From contig CAXXWV010000003.1 in NCBI GenBank assembly GCA_963676175.2, forward strand, positions 9,239 through 73,238: a stretch of DNA of 64,000 nt, written 5' to 3'. This DNA is from Bacteroidales bacterium (GTDB taxonomy: Bacteria > Bacteroidota > Bacteroidia > Bacteroidales > VadinHA17). The position numbers were made by a program, and so were the translations under genes. Below the pieces are notes generated by a model. It made no database searches. It was not told the DNA's origin and saw only the letters and a list, made by a program, of their open reading frames with translations. Each line of letters starts with the position of its first letter. The first letter of the stretch is position 1. Below, in pieces: positions 10,460 to 20,307 of the stretch.

Positions 10460-11917
10460 ATGCAAAAACACTTTTTATTCCGGGGTTGGTCAAGCACTGC
10501 ATTGTTCCTGCTTTTCATAGTTTCATCTGGTTTGTATTCACAGAACGCTGATCATCTGATTGTGGTAAAGCCAAAAGAGATCGATGTTGTCCTGGATAAT
10601 CCCGGGATGGGTTTTATGACATTCCAGCGGTTCAACGGAGATAAACTCAACGATGGATCGGGATGGACTGAAGGTTTTCCTATTGAATATCAGAAATTCA
10701 ACGGAAGTCTGGTTAATAAAGATCATCCTTCAACAACAATAGCTTACTGGAGGGTATACTGGAAATTTCTTGAACCTGACATGGGAAAATACAGGTGGGA
10801 TATGATCGATAAAGCGCTTGAAACGGCACGTATGAGAGGACAGTCACTTATGATCAGAGTTGCTCCATATGGTACCGGCGACGAAAGGGATGTTCCTGAA
10901 TGGTACAGAAAAATGGTCGGTCCGGGAAAAACATGGAAGTATGCGAGTGAAGTTAACGGATGGATGGTAGATCCCGAAGATCCGCGATATGCACAGTACT
11001 TTGGCGGATTGATACGTGCAATGGGGCAGCGATATGACGGTCATCCTGATCTGGAATCTGTTGATCTTTCGATTGCCGGAGCATGGGGTGAGGGTGCCGG
11101 ATCTGAACTGCTTAGCCGGGAAGCGAGGCAGGAACTGGTGAATGCTTACACTGATTCATTCAGAAAAACTCCACTGATAGCATTGTTGATGGACCGTGAA
11201 ACAAATATTTATGCCGATTCACGAATACCGGTAGGATGGAGAGTTGATTGTATCGGTGACCTGGGGTTCTGGGCCACTGATCAGAATGGTTGGACACATA
11301 TGTATGATTTCTACCCTAGAGAAATAATAAACTGTAATGTTCAGGATGACTGGAAAAAAGCACCTGTCAGTTTTGAGATCTGCGGAACATTCCTGAACTG
11401 GAGGGACCAGCAAAAGTATGGCCGCAAGGAGGTAAAATACATTTTCGACCAGTCACTGAAATGGCATGTGTCTTCATTCAATGCAAAATCATCGCCTGTA
11501 CCTCCTGAGTGGAAGGATCTGGTTGACGACTGGCTGAAGAAAATGGGTTACAGATTCGTACTCAGAAGATTAACTTATCATGAAACGGTTGTTGTGAGCG
11601 GCAAAGTTCCATTTACCACCTGGTGGGAGAATAAGGGAGTCGCTCCGTGCTATAAGGATTATGTTATGGCTTTACGCATCAGGAATGGATCTGCTGAGAA
11701 GATTTGGATAACAGATTTTTCCGTGAAAAGCTGGCTGCCGGGAGATGTCGTTTGTGACGATGCATTCTATATTCCTGACGATTTTCCTGAAGGCCAGTGT
11801 GATCTTCATATCGCGATTGTCGATAAGCAAAACCACCAGCCGGCAGTCAGAATTGCAATTGAAGGCAGGGAAAATGACGGATGGTACTATCTTGGAAAAC
11901 TGAAAGTGACCCGTTGA
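10460..11917 (+). CDS. Secreted hypothetical protein, glycoside-hydrolase-like (DUF4832-type by recollection)
   Basis: The listed ORF 10391..11917 is trimmed to the ATG at 10460, which gives a signal-peptide-like N-terminus (MQKHFLFRGWSSTALFLLFIVSSGLYSQ). The family call is tentative. Confidence 0.45.
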   Translation: MQKHFLFRGWSSTALFLLFIVSSGLYSQNADHLIVVKPKEIDVVLDNPGMGFMTFQRFNGDKLNDGSGWTEGFPIEYQKFNGSLVNKDHPSTTIAYWRVYWKFLEPDMGKYRWDMIDKALETARMRGQSLMIRVAPYGTGDERDVPEWYRKMVGPGKTWKYASEVNGWMVDPEDPRYAQYFGGLIRAMGQRYDGHPDLESVDLSIAGAWGEGAGSELLSREARQELVNAYTDSFRKTPLIALLMDRETNIYADSRIPVGWRVDCIGDLGFWATDQNGWTHMYDFYPREIINCNVQDDWKKAPVSFEICGTFLNWRDQQKYGRKEVKYIFDQSLKWHVSSFNAKSSPVPPEWKDLVDDWLKKMGYRFVLRRLTYHETVVVSGKVPFTTWWENKGVAPCYKDYVMALRIRNGSAEKIWITDFSVKSWLPGDVVCDDAFYIPDDFPEGQCDLHIAIVDKQNHQPAVRIAIEGRENDGWYYLGKLKVTR

Positions 11918-12370
11918 TTTGTTGATCATGGTTGGATAAAAACTCAATATGTCAGATTTTTCTTTAGTTTCATTATGTTATGAAACTTTTTTTAATATCC
12001 TTAAAAAATAAAAAAATACATGCCTAATTTTTAATTAGTTTTTAATTGCTTATTTTTATTTGATTATAGTAATATAATATAAGAAATATGCAGTGTTGTT
12101 TAAGTTTACGTAAGTATTGAATTGAGTCGTAGTGATACCTGTAAAAACTCACCAAATAACTGTAAATGGGCAGTTATTTCGATGCCTGAAACAGGCAGGA
12201 TGGTGTCCGGCTGGTATTGATATTCTGGTTTACAATAATCGCCAGGTCTTATCCTGATGGTCCAAAGGATAATTATTAATAAGATTTCCTGTCCGATGGG
12301 ATCTGTGATTGTTTCCCGGACAAACATGGTTCTTTGAAACTTTGATAAACAGACTTTTGTCTTACTGATG

Positions 12371-13468
12371 TTAATTGCTTTGTTTCCACTTTATCATTAG
12401 CTGCAGCAGTTCGCTGATCTGATCATCACTATGGGCAGCTGACAAAGTTATCCTTACAATGTGCATTGAACTCCTTACAGGATAATCCACAAATGGTGCA
12501 ATCACACCATTCTCCTCAAGAGTTGCTGAAAGGTTAAACGCCTTGTCAGGTGAACTGAACATTACCGGTATGATTGGTGTGGGATCAGGAGTTGTAAGAA
12601 ATCCCATCATGGAAAGGCTTTCCTTGATGAAAATGGCTTTGTCAATAAGTGATCGTCTTATTCCCGGTGACTCGCGGATGATGTCAATTGCGGCCAGGGC
12701 TGAAGCAACAACAGACGGAGGAAGGGAAGTGGATGATTTATAAATGGATGAATTGCTGCGGATTGTGCCTGCCAGTTCTCTGCCAATCGATATGAAACCG
12801 CCATAACAGCCGAACGCCTTGCTCATTGTGCCGGTCTGGAAGATCCGTTCATTATTGTTCAGCTGAAAATGTTCCGCTGTCCCTTTTCCTGTACTGCCCA
12901 GAATACCAGTGGCATGAGCATCATCGATGATAACAGTTGCATTGTGCATCATGGCTAAGGAGCAGATCTTGTCAATAGGAGCAATTTCACCTGTAAGAGC
13001 AAACATACCATCGGTTATTATGAGCTTCCCGTTTTCACGGCAATCGGACAGAAGCGATGCCAGATGCTCCGGATCACAGTGCCTGTAGGGTACGGCTTGC
13101 CGGATATCGCTTGGTATGCTGCCGGTAATGCTCGAATGTGCCGATTCATCATAAAAAACGGATGAATACCTGCTTTTCAGCGTTTCCATCAGGATGCCAT
13201 TGCCCATATAGCCTGAAGGGAAGGTGACAGTGTCCTGCTTTCCCATAAATTCTGACAGCTGCTTTTCAAGTTCGAGATGTAAATCAGAGGTGCCCGTCGT
13301 GTGCCTGGAAGCTGAAAAATTCACTCCGTATTTTTCAACTGCCCTGATGGCTGCATCCTTTACTTCGTCATGTCCCGCAAGCCCCAGATAATTATTTCCG
13401 GCAAAATATGAGTATTTTCTGCCTTTGCTGAAAACATAGTTACCTGTACCACTTTCAAGTATTATCAT
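12371..13468 (-). CDS. Alpha-oxoamine synthase family PLP enzyme (BioF/Kbl/serine-palmitoyltransferase-like)
   Basis: 365 aa. NYLGL near the N-terminus, DDAHATG, and PLP-lysine motif TMSKAFGCYGGF. Confidence 0.8.
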   Translation of the reverse strand: MIILESGTGNYVFSKGRKYSYFAGNNYLGLAGHDEVKDAAIRAVEKYGVNFSASRHTTGTSDLHLELEKQLSEFMGKQDTVTFPSGYMGNGILMETLKSRYSSVFYDESAHSSITGSIPSDIRQAVPYRHCDPEHLASLLSDCRENGKLIITDGMFALTGEIAPIDKICSLAMMHNATVIIDDAHATGILGSTGKGTAEHFQLNNNERIFQTGTMSKAFGCYGGFISIGRELAGTIRSNSSIYKSSTSLPPSVVASALAAIDIIRESPGIRRSLIDKAIFIKESLSMMGFLTTPDPTPIIPVMFSSPDKAFNLSATLEENGVIAPFVDYPVRSSMHIVRITLSAAHSDDQISELLQLMIKWKQSN

Positions 13469-13686
13469 CTGTTGGTTATCAAAAACTGTTTAATATAAAA
13501 GTACCTCATTTTGTGATTCATTATCATTTTATTTGTTTAAGTAATGTAACTGCATTTTTTAGAACTCCATCCTGCCTGCATCCTTCTCAGGGAACAGAAG
13601 GAAATAATGGGGATGAACTACTGTAAATATGAAAAACACTGTTTTTAGATTCAATCCGGATACTTATTTCTAAAAATCATTTTTAT

Positions 13687-14781
13687 ATGAAAGATATCAA
13701 TGTGCTGACCTTATTGCTCCCCGGCGTGATCTTTTTATGCACACCTCTTTGTGCCCAGAAAGAAAATCCGGCAAGGGTTGCTGTCATACAGGCATCGGCT
13801 CTTCCAAACCAGGATCCCTTCATGGGTGATTACGATCAGTCGAAAGTGCGCCCGGCCATGACGGCTCATTTTAATAAACTGGTCAGATTGATGGAACAGG
13901 CCGGCGCTATGGGTGCTGATATAGTCTGTGGCCCTGAAGATATGCAGAATATAGGATCGTATGGTCTTTATATCAATACCTTTGATGCAAAAAGCGGTGA
14001 AATACTTTTCAATTCGCTCACAGTTGCCGTACCAGGTCCTCTTACAGATCAGCTGGCCGCTGTAGCAAAAAAATACAACATGTATATCATTGCTCCGATA
14101 TATGAAAAATACAACGGGAAAGTTTTCAATTCAGCAATTGTTTTTGACCGTATAGGTAAGATTATTGGCAGGCACAGGAAAACAGTGCTTCCCATAATGG
14201 AAACATGGCTTGTTTCACTCGGTGATGAATATGAAGTTTATAAGACTGATTTCGGATCATTTGCAGTTGCCACATGCTGGGAACTGTATTATCCCGAAAT
14301 TTCAACAATTTATGCATTGCAGGGTGCAGATATTATCTTTAATCCTACGATGGCTCATGATAATCTGCCCGGTGAAAGTCTTTCAACAGCACATACTTAC
14401 ATAACAAGGGCAAGAGATAATTCCGTATATGTTGCTCCTGTCATTCTGGGTAAGGACGCGAATGGAATCATTGACTTTAACGGGAACGTTCTGGCTGAAA
14501 TACCCGGAAAGCAGGATACGGTTATTATTGCCGAAATTGACTTTACCCGGGAACGTGCCGAAAACAGCGAATGGTGGAAGACCATAAACGGGACCGATAA
14601 TGTTAAAGCCATTCATTTCAAATCCAGGCGTCCGGAAACCTATAAGCTTCTTACCAGTCCTGATCCGCCTGTCCTTGAAAGATATAAACATATCCGGCTT
14701 ACAACCGGTGACCATGAACGCCAGCTAAAAGCGGTAAGAGATGTCGATTATGGAGCAGGAAACGCTGCTAATAACAAATGA
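13687..14781 (+). CDS. Secreted carbon-nitrogen hydrolase (nitrilase superfamily)
   Basis: 364 aa. Signal peptide MKDINVLTLLLPGVIFLCTPLCAQ. Candidate Glu-Lys-Cys triad contexts are CGPED, RHRKTVL and ATCWELYYPE. Confidence 0.8.
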   Translation: MKDINVLTLLLPGVIFLCTPLCAQKENPARVAVIQASALPNQDPFMGDYDQSKVRPAMTAHFNKLVRLMEQAGAMGADIVCGPEDMQNIGSYGLYINTFDAKSGEILFNSLTVAVPGPLTDQLAAVAKKYNMYIIAPIYEKYNGKVFNSAIVFDRIGKIIGRHRKTVLPIMETWLVSLGDEYEVYKTDFGSFAVATCWELYYPEISTIYALQGADIIFNPTMAHDNLPGESLSTAHTYITRARDNSVYVAPVILGKDANGIIDFNGNVLAEIPGKQDTVIIAEIDFTRERAENSEWWKTINGTDNVKAIHFKSRRPETYKLLTSPDPPVLERYKHIRLTTGDHERQLKAVRDVDYGAGNAANNK

Positions 14782-14831
14782 TATACTCGAAAAGGAATGA
14801 GGATTTTATAATTTTTAATTGTTCAAATATC

Positions 14832-17018
14832 ATGTATACCAGAATCAGAATTCATCATATTTTGAAATTGTCTCTGTCCTGTACAATATTGTTCTTCCTT
14901 GTATCCGCAGGTAGTATCGCTTCCGGACAAGTTAAGCCTTCCGGAGGTATTCAGACTATCCCATATCCCAAAGAAGTGAGGGTAAGCGGTCCGTCGCTGA
15001 TACTGACCGATGGTTTGACGATTACTATAGAAGGAAAACATTCTCCTTCAGATGATTTTTCAGCTGAAGAACTCATACGTGATCTGAAAGATGATTTTGG
15101 AATAAGTGCTGTAAAAGGCAACAGGGCAACCGGCAATTGTATTGTCCTGACCAGGAAAACCGGAGGTAAACTGCCTGATGAACAGGCCTACAGGCTCTGT
15201 GTTACACAGGGCAGGGTAGTAATTAGTGCAAAAGGGGAGGCCGGTCTTTTCTATGGGACAAGAACATTGCTTCAGCTAATTGAAAGGAATGGAAATTCCT
15301 TTGAAATACCAGGGGTTGAAATAACCGACTGGCCTGATATTAAGCAGAGAGCCGTCCATTATGACACCAAACATCATCAGGACAAAGCTTCCTATGTGAA
15401 ATCATTTATAAAAGATCTTGCCAGATATAAGATCAATATGCTGATCTGGGAATGGGAGGACAAATTTGCTTATCCGAGTCATCCTGAGATAGGTGCTCCG
15501 GGAGCCTTTACACCCGCCGAGATGAAAGATTTTACCCTGTTTGCCCGCCGGTATCATATTCAGCTTGTTCCACTCGTGCAGGGATTAGGGCACGTAAGCT
15601 TTATTCTGAAATGGCCGCAATACATTGATCTTCGCGAGAACCCATCATCAAACTGGGAATTTTGTCCTCTTAAGGATGGAAGTTACAGACTTTTGAATGA
15701 TCTGTGGAAAGATGCGGCTGATGCGACATCAGGCTCGGATTATTTCCATATCGGTTCAGATGAGACCTATGAGCTCGGAGAATGTGATGCCTGCCGCACT
15801 AAAGCAGACGAAACAGGAAAAAGTGGTCTCTATCAGTTATTTGTAAACAGATCGGCCGGCTACCTGAAGTCACTTGGAAGAAAGGTGATGGCTTGGGAGA
15901 CTCCGATGGGCTGGGAACATGGTGATTCTCCATCCAAAGGTATTCAACCTGTCAGCGGTCTTGTTATGACAGAAAGCTATGAATATGAAACGGCTGACTT
16001 CTCCTGTGCAAAAAAAGCAAGATCTCTCGGATTCGAGGTATTCGCTTATGATCCTAATCCGGGAGTTGTTCCTTTACTGGTTCCTTATTACTTTGAGAAA
16101 GGTGAAAAGAAAGAGCTCAGGACAGGGAGTCTTGAGAAGTCACACATGTTTCTTTGTGATGCTTCCGGATCGGGTATATTTGACGGGATGATCTGTACAA
16201 GCTGGGATGATGATGATCTTCATAACCAGATGTGGATGATGCATTTCGTAAATGCTGCTTCCTGCTCATGGAACCACGACTCTCCGCAGCCGGAAAAATT
16301 TACTGATCTGTTCTTCCGTGATTATTATGGCATCAGCTCGAATGAACCTGATGAGCTCTTCAGATTGTTGAATGAGGGTGTTTATTACTTCACATGGACA
16401 ATGGAGAGGAATGTTTGGCACTATGGTGAGATCGGACAGACACATCTTCCTGATCTGCCGCGCGGCGATGCTGTCGAATATGATCCTTTCTGGAATACTC
16501 AATACAAGGATAAACTGGAGGAAAGCGAAGCCATCCTGAAAAAAATGAACAGAGTAATTGAGCTGACAGGATCATGCTCAGGAAAGGCAACAAGACATAG
16601 TTATGATTTTGAGATATTGAGAACAAGCGCTGAACTGATCAGACATACCTGTCTTACTTATATTGACCTGTCGAAATTGGAATATGCCATAAGGGACGCC
16701 CATGTAAGCAGATTTGCCGACAATAAAAAATCACTTAACTATCTGATTGACGCGCAGTTTATTCTTGAAAACCTGCTTAAGCGGCGTAACGAGGTTTTCA
16801 CTGACCTTGTCTCTGTATATGAAAAAACCAGATTTCCGAAAGGCTATTCAACTGCTGATAAACAATATTTCTGGCAGCAGGACAGGGCACGGCATTTTGC
16901 ATTCAGACGGCCTGATATGAGCTTCCTTATTTATGATGAGCAACTGCTTGATATCGAAGGATACCTGCAAAAACTTAAAGCGTATACCGAATATTTCAGA
17001 ACATCAGGAATGCAATGA
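14832..17018 (+). CDS. GH20-like beta-N-acetylhexosaminidase family protein
   Basis: The listed ORF 14778..17018 is trimmed to the ATG at 14832, which gives a hydrophobic signal-like N-terminus. It has the catalytic-type motif FHIGSDE and an N-terminal GH20b-like domain. Confidence 0.65.
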   Translation: MYTRIRIHHILKLSLSCTILFFLVSAGSIASGQVKPSGGIQTIPYPKEVRVSGPSLILTDGLTITIEGKHSPSDDFSAEELIRDLKDDFGISAVKGNRATGNCIVLTRKTGGKLPDEQAYRLCVTQGRVVISAKGEAGLFYGTRTLLQLIERNGNSFEIPGVEITDWPDIKQRAVHYDTKHHQDKASYVKSFIKDLARYKINMLIWEWEDKFAYPSHPEIGAPGAFTPAEMKDFTLFARRYHIQLVPLVQGLGHVSFILKWPQYIDLRENPSSNWEFCPLKDGSYRLLNDLWKDAADATSGSDYFHIGSDETYELGECDACRTKADETGKSGLYQLFVNRSAGYLKSLGRKVMAWETPMGWEHGDSPSKGIQPVSGLVMTESYEYETADFSCAKKARSLGFEVFAYDPNPGVVPLLVPYYFEKGEKKELRTGSLEKSHMFLCDASGSGIFDGMICTSWDDDDLHNQMWMMHFVNAASCSWNHDSPQPEKFTDLFFRDYYGISSNEPDELFRLLNEGVYYFTWTMERNVWHYGEIGQTHLPDLPRGDAVEYDPFWNTQYKDKLEESEAILKKMNRVIELTGSCSGKATRHSYDFEILRTSAELIRHTCLTYIDLSKLEYAIRDAHVSRFADNKKSLNYLIDAQFILENLLKRRNEVFTDLVSVYEKTRFPKGYSTADKQYFWQQDRARHFAFRRPDMSFLIYDEQLLDIEGYLQKLKAYTEYFRTSGMQ

Positions 17019-17182
17019 TCTGGTGCTGCAGGCTGGTATTTCAGTGGCTATAATACAACTTTCCCGTGTTCCTGGATCTCCTTATGCTATCAACATGCCT
17101 GATGGCTGGTGAAAAAATGACATCCGGATCAGTTCGGCCTGATACGGCAGATCTTCTGGTCAGATTGAATATCTGATCCTCA

Positions 17183-18685
17183 TCAGAACATCATATTCAT
17201 TGCAAACTCAAGGGCAAAATCCTCGTCATTAGCAAGTTCGACGACTATTGATCTGGAAATGACACTTTCCATTATTTCGTCGAACCTGACTGATCTGACC
17301 GCTGCAATCGCTCCGGTTCCCGAAGTATTGCCGAGAGAAATTATCCTGTCACTGAATTGATGTGGTATCAGTCCGATTTTCATCGCATTTTCAGTATTTA
17401 TGTAGTTACCGAATCCACCTGCGAGGAACAATGCGTTGACCTGATCGGCTTTGAGGCCTGATTGTTTAAGAAGGATATTGACACCTGAGATTATTGCAGA
17501 TTTGGCAAGCTGAACTTCCCTTACATCATTCTGGGTAAATGTGATAGCATTCCCTGTTGAAGAATCTTCAGAAGGCGCAATTATGAAATCCTCATTCATC
17601 TGACCTTCCATATCAATTTTGCCGTTTCTGACCAGCCATGCGACAATATCTATGAGGCCTGATCCGCATATCCCTGCAGGTTTTCCGGAGCCTATTACGG
17701 TATATCCTTCATCGCTGTATACCGAGATAGCGCCCTCTACGGCACCCATTCCACAGGAGATCCTGGCGCCTTCAAAAGCAGGACCGGCAGCTGTTGAACA
17801 GCACCATATCCTGTCGGGTGTAACAACTGCAAGCTCTCCATTGGTCCCTATATCCATAAAAAGGTAATTTTTGTATTCAGAAGAAGGGGCAATGGAGGCA
17901 AGACCGGCTACAATATCGGCGCCTATATAAGCTGAAATTGACGGAAGTATTTTGATCTCAGCTCCTGAGAAACATTTAAACTTCAGGTCACTGCCAAGAA
18001 AAATCTTTTCTTCCACGAACTGCGGTGTGAAAGGGAAGAGGGCAAGAGAAACAGGATCCACTCCAAGAAGCAGATGCAACATGGTTGAATTGCCGGCTAT
18101 TGCAATTTTTACAACTTCATTTTCGGTGATACCTGCGAATTGCTCGAGATGATAGAGCTCCTTGTTAATAGCATTTGTTATTTCCTGTTGAAGAATCTTT
18201 AACCCATCTTCTTCAGTTGTGGTGAACTGTATCCTGGAGATTACATCCGCCCCATATTTGGCCTGGGGATTTAGGATGGCCCTGGTCTCGACAACTGCTC
18301 CTGTTAAAAGACTTACAAGGTATAGAACTACGCTGGTCGTACCTATATCGATTGCCACTCCAAACGGATAGGATGAAAGTTCTCCTGACCGGCCGGGTAT
18401 TAACGGAAGCTGTATGGTGTGCGAATGCTGTGATACAAGAACTTTTGCTTCGCGCGTATCGGGCAGGACAATTTCCTCCTGATGATAAACCATATGCATA
18501 CACGATGCTACTGTCCCTTCCCCCCTGATGAGGACCTTACATTTTCCACAGGTTCCGTTGCCACCGCAGGGTGAATATATATCAAAACCATTATTCCTGA
18601 GAATATTAAGTAGGTTTTCTCCTTCCTTAACGTCAAGTTTTGTTATTGTACCGTTCTGATGAATAAGCAATTCCATCACTTTCAT
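17183..18685 (-). CDS. ASKHA-fold protein with N-terminal plant-type 2Fe-2S ferredoxin domain (RACo-like corrinoid activation protein family, DUF4445)
   Basis: 500 aa. The cysteine cluster CGGNGTCGKCKV...C is followed by ASKHA phosphate motifs DIGTTS and DIGTNGE. Confidence 0.7.
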   Translation of the reverse strand: MKVMELLIHQNGTITKLDVKEGENLLNILRNNGFDIYSPCGGNGTCGKCKVLIRGEGTVASCMHMVYHQEEIVLPDTREAKVLVSQHSHTIQLPLIPGRSGELSSYPFGVAIDIGTTSVVLYLVSLLTGAVVETRAILNPQAKYGADVISRIQFTTTEEDGLKILQQEITNAINKELYHLEQFAGITENEVVKIAIAGNSTMLHLLLGVDPVSLALFPFTPQFVEEKIFLGSDLKFKCFSGAEIKILPSISAYIGADIVAGLASIAPSSEYKNYLFMDIGTNGELAVVTPDRIWCCSTAAGPAFEGARISCGMGAVEGAISVYSDEGYTVIGSGKPAGICGSGLIDIVAWLVRNGKIDMEGQMNEDFIIAPSEDSSTGNAITFTQNDVREVQLAKSAIISGVNILLKQSGLKADQVNALFLAGGFGNYINTENAMKIGLIPHQFSDRIISLGNTSGTGAIAAVRSVRFDEIMESVISRSIVVELANDEDFALEFAMNMMF

Positions 18686-18952
18686 GTTCTGTTTTTGAAT
18701 CCATTAATGTATAAATAAATCCGTGACATTATCATGGTTTTCTTTTAACAAATCACTAAAAGTATAAATGTCATTTCTGAAAAGATTATCTTCCTCTCCA
18801 TCCTGAGTTATATTTTCTCTACATACAGATTTTACCGTTGAACAGAATTTTGATTTTTCCTGAATAATCCGATTGTTTTACTGCTATTGTTGTTTCAGTT
18901 TTTTTATTGCTGAAACAATTGTGTAAATTTGAAGGTCAATTATTATTTAGTT

Positions 18953-19321
18953 ATGGGTTCTTATGTAAATAATCATCTTATAAAGGATGAATCAGTGGTC
19001 TATGAGACTACTTATCACTGGATAATTTTTATCTCCTGGCTTGGATTGTTTACCCTGCTTCTTGGTCCTGCTTTTATAAAGTGGTCTTCTGAATTCGTTA
19101 TAACAAACAGAAGGATAATTGTTAAGTTAGGTTTCGTGTCGAGGAAAACTTTCGAGATGAATATTTCAAAAATTGAAAGTGTAAATGTAGACCAGTCACT
19201 GATGGGCAGATTGTTCGGATATGGTTCCATAACAATTATTGGAACCGGGGGAACCCGTGAATCTTTTCATAATATAAGAAAGCCAATTGAGTTCAGAAAA
19301 GCTTTTCAGGAACTGAGCTGA
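18953..19321 (+). CDS. Membrane protein with bacterial PH (bPH_2/YdbS-like) domain
   Basis: The listed ORF starts at a TTG. The ATG at 18953 gives MGSYVNNH... Two hydrophobic helices are followed by VITNRRIIVKLGFVSRKTFEMNISKIESVNVDQSLMGRLFGYG, typical of bPH_2. Confidence 0.55.
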   Translation: MGSYVNNHLIKDESVVYETTYHWIIFISWLGLFTLLLGPAFIKWSSEFVITNRRIIVKLGFVSRKTFEMNISKIESVNVDQSLMGRLFGYGSITIIGTGGTRESFHNIRKPIEFRKAFQELS

Positions 19322-19491
19322 TCTGAAGAGTTTTTATTTAGCTATTCATTTTCCGGAAAAAATACTACCTTTGTTAAATTAGGCACTTAGCCCTATTCTT
19401 TGCATTTGGTGTATTTTATATTTGCTTTTATTCATTAGCTGCAGAAGCAGTATATTATTGTTTGTCAGATAAGGATTAAACATAATAATGT

Positions 19492-20076
19492 ATGAAACAT
19501 TTTATCATATTTGTTTTCTTCCTTCTTTTTTTTGTGATCGCTTATCTGGTATTTACCTTTTCCCCCCGGCAGTTTACACTTAAGGATTTTGAGCCGGTTG
19601 CTGAAATGTCGTCTGAAAATGAAGAACCTTCTTCAGTAAAGTTGATTACGACTGAAGCTTCAATGCTTCCGGAAACATTAACCTCCGTTGACCAGGACAA
19701 ACCTTCTGCCGGGAAAATATCCTCCGAAACCAAAATGATACCGGCCCCGGAAAAAAATAAAACTGCCAAAAACTCCCCCGTGACAAAGATGGCAAAAGGC
19801 TCTGATACAGTTTCAAAATCAGTGAATCCGGAAGTAAGCAACCATAAATATTATGTGATCATTGAAGGCTTCAAGAATCTGCATGCTGCCAGGGAACGGG
19901 CATCAAATCTTGAGAAGAAGTTCAATACTGAAATGGTGGTTCTTCCACCTACTCCAGCAGGTATCTATCGCATAAGTTACGGACAGTATGATACTTATGA
20001 ACTGGCAGAGAAAGCGCTGGTATGGATTAAGATTAAAATAAGACCGGAAGCCTGGATCTTCTCCGTCAAAAAATAG
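19492..20076 (+). CDS. SPOR-domain protein with N-terminal membrane anchor
   Basis: 194 aa. TM helix, low-complexity linker, then a C-terminal pattern YYVIIEGFKNLHAARERA...YRISYGQYDTYELAEKAL typical of SPOR repeats. Confidence 0.6.
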   Translation: MKHFIIFVFFLLFFVIAYLVFTFSPRQFTLKDFEPVAEMSSENEEPSSVKLITTEASMLPETLTSVDQDKPSAGKISSETKMIPAPEKNKTAKNSPVTKMAKGSDTVSKSVNPEVSNHKYYVIIEGFKNLHAARERASNLEKKFNTEMVVLPPTPAGIYRISYGQYDTYELAEKALVWIKIKIRPEAWIFSVKK

Positions 20077-20307
20077 AATTTAGTCTGCAGATAATTTCAA
20101 TATTGTGTTTTTTCCGGTTTCAATTTTTTCCGGTTGCGTATTATCCTATAGATCCTAAAATCCGTATCAGATCGTTAGTTTATTTAAGATGACAAGAAAT
20201 ATTATAAATCTAAAATTTATATTTCAATTTTCATGAAAATGACACTCAACAATTGTTAAGCGCCCAAGCCATTTATGGAAATATTTAGGTCATGCCCGGG
20301 TATCCGG

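Noticed and set aside
12106-12327. 73-aa minus-strand ORF and possible ncRNA in the 450-bp AT-rich convergent spacer 11918-12370
   Set aside because: The ORF has no motif. I could not find convincing helices or a known riboswitch core, and the spacer is better explained as terminator and spacer DNA. Transcriptome data would be needed for any call.
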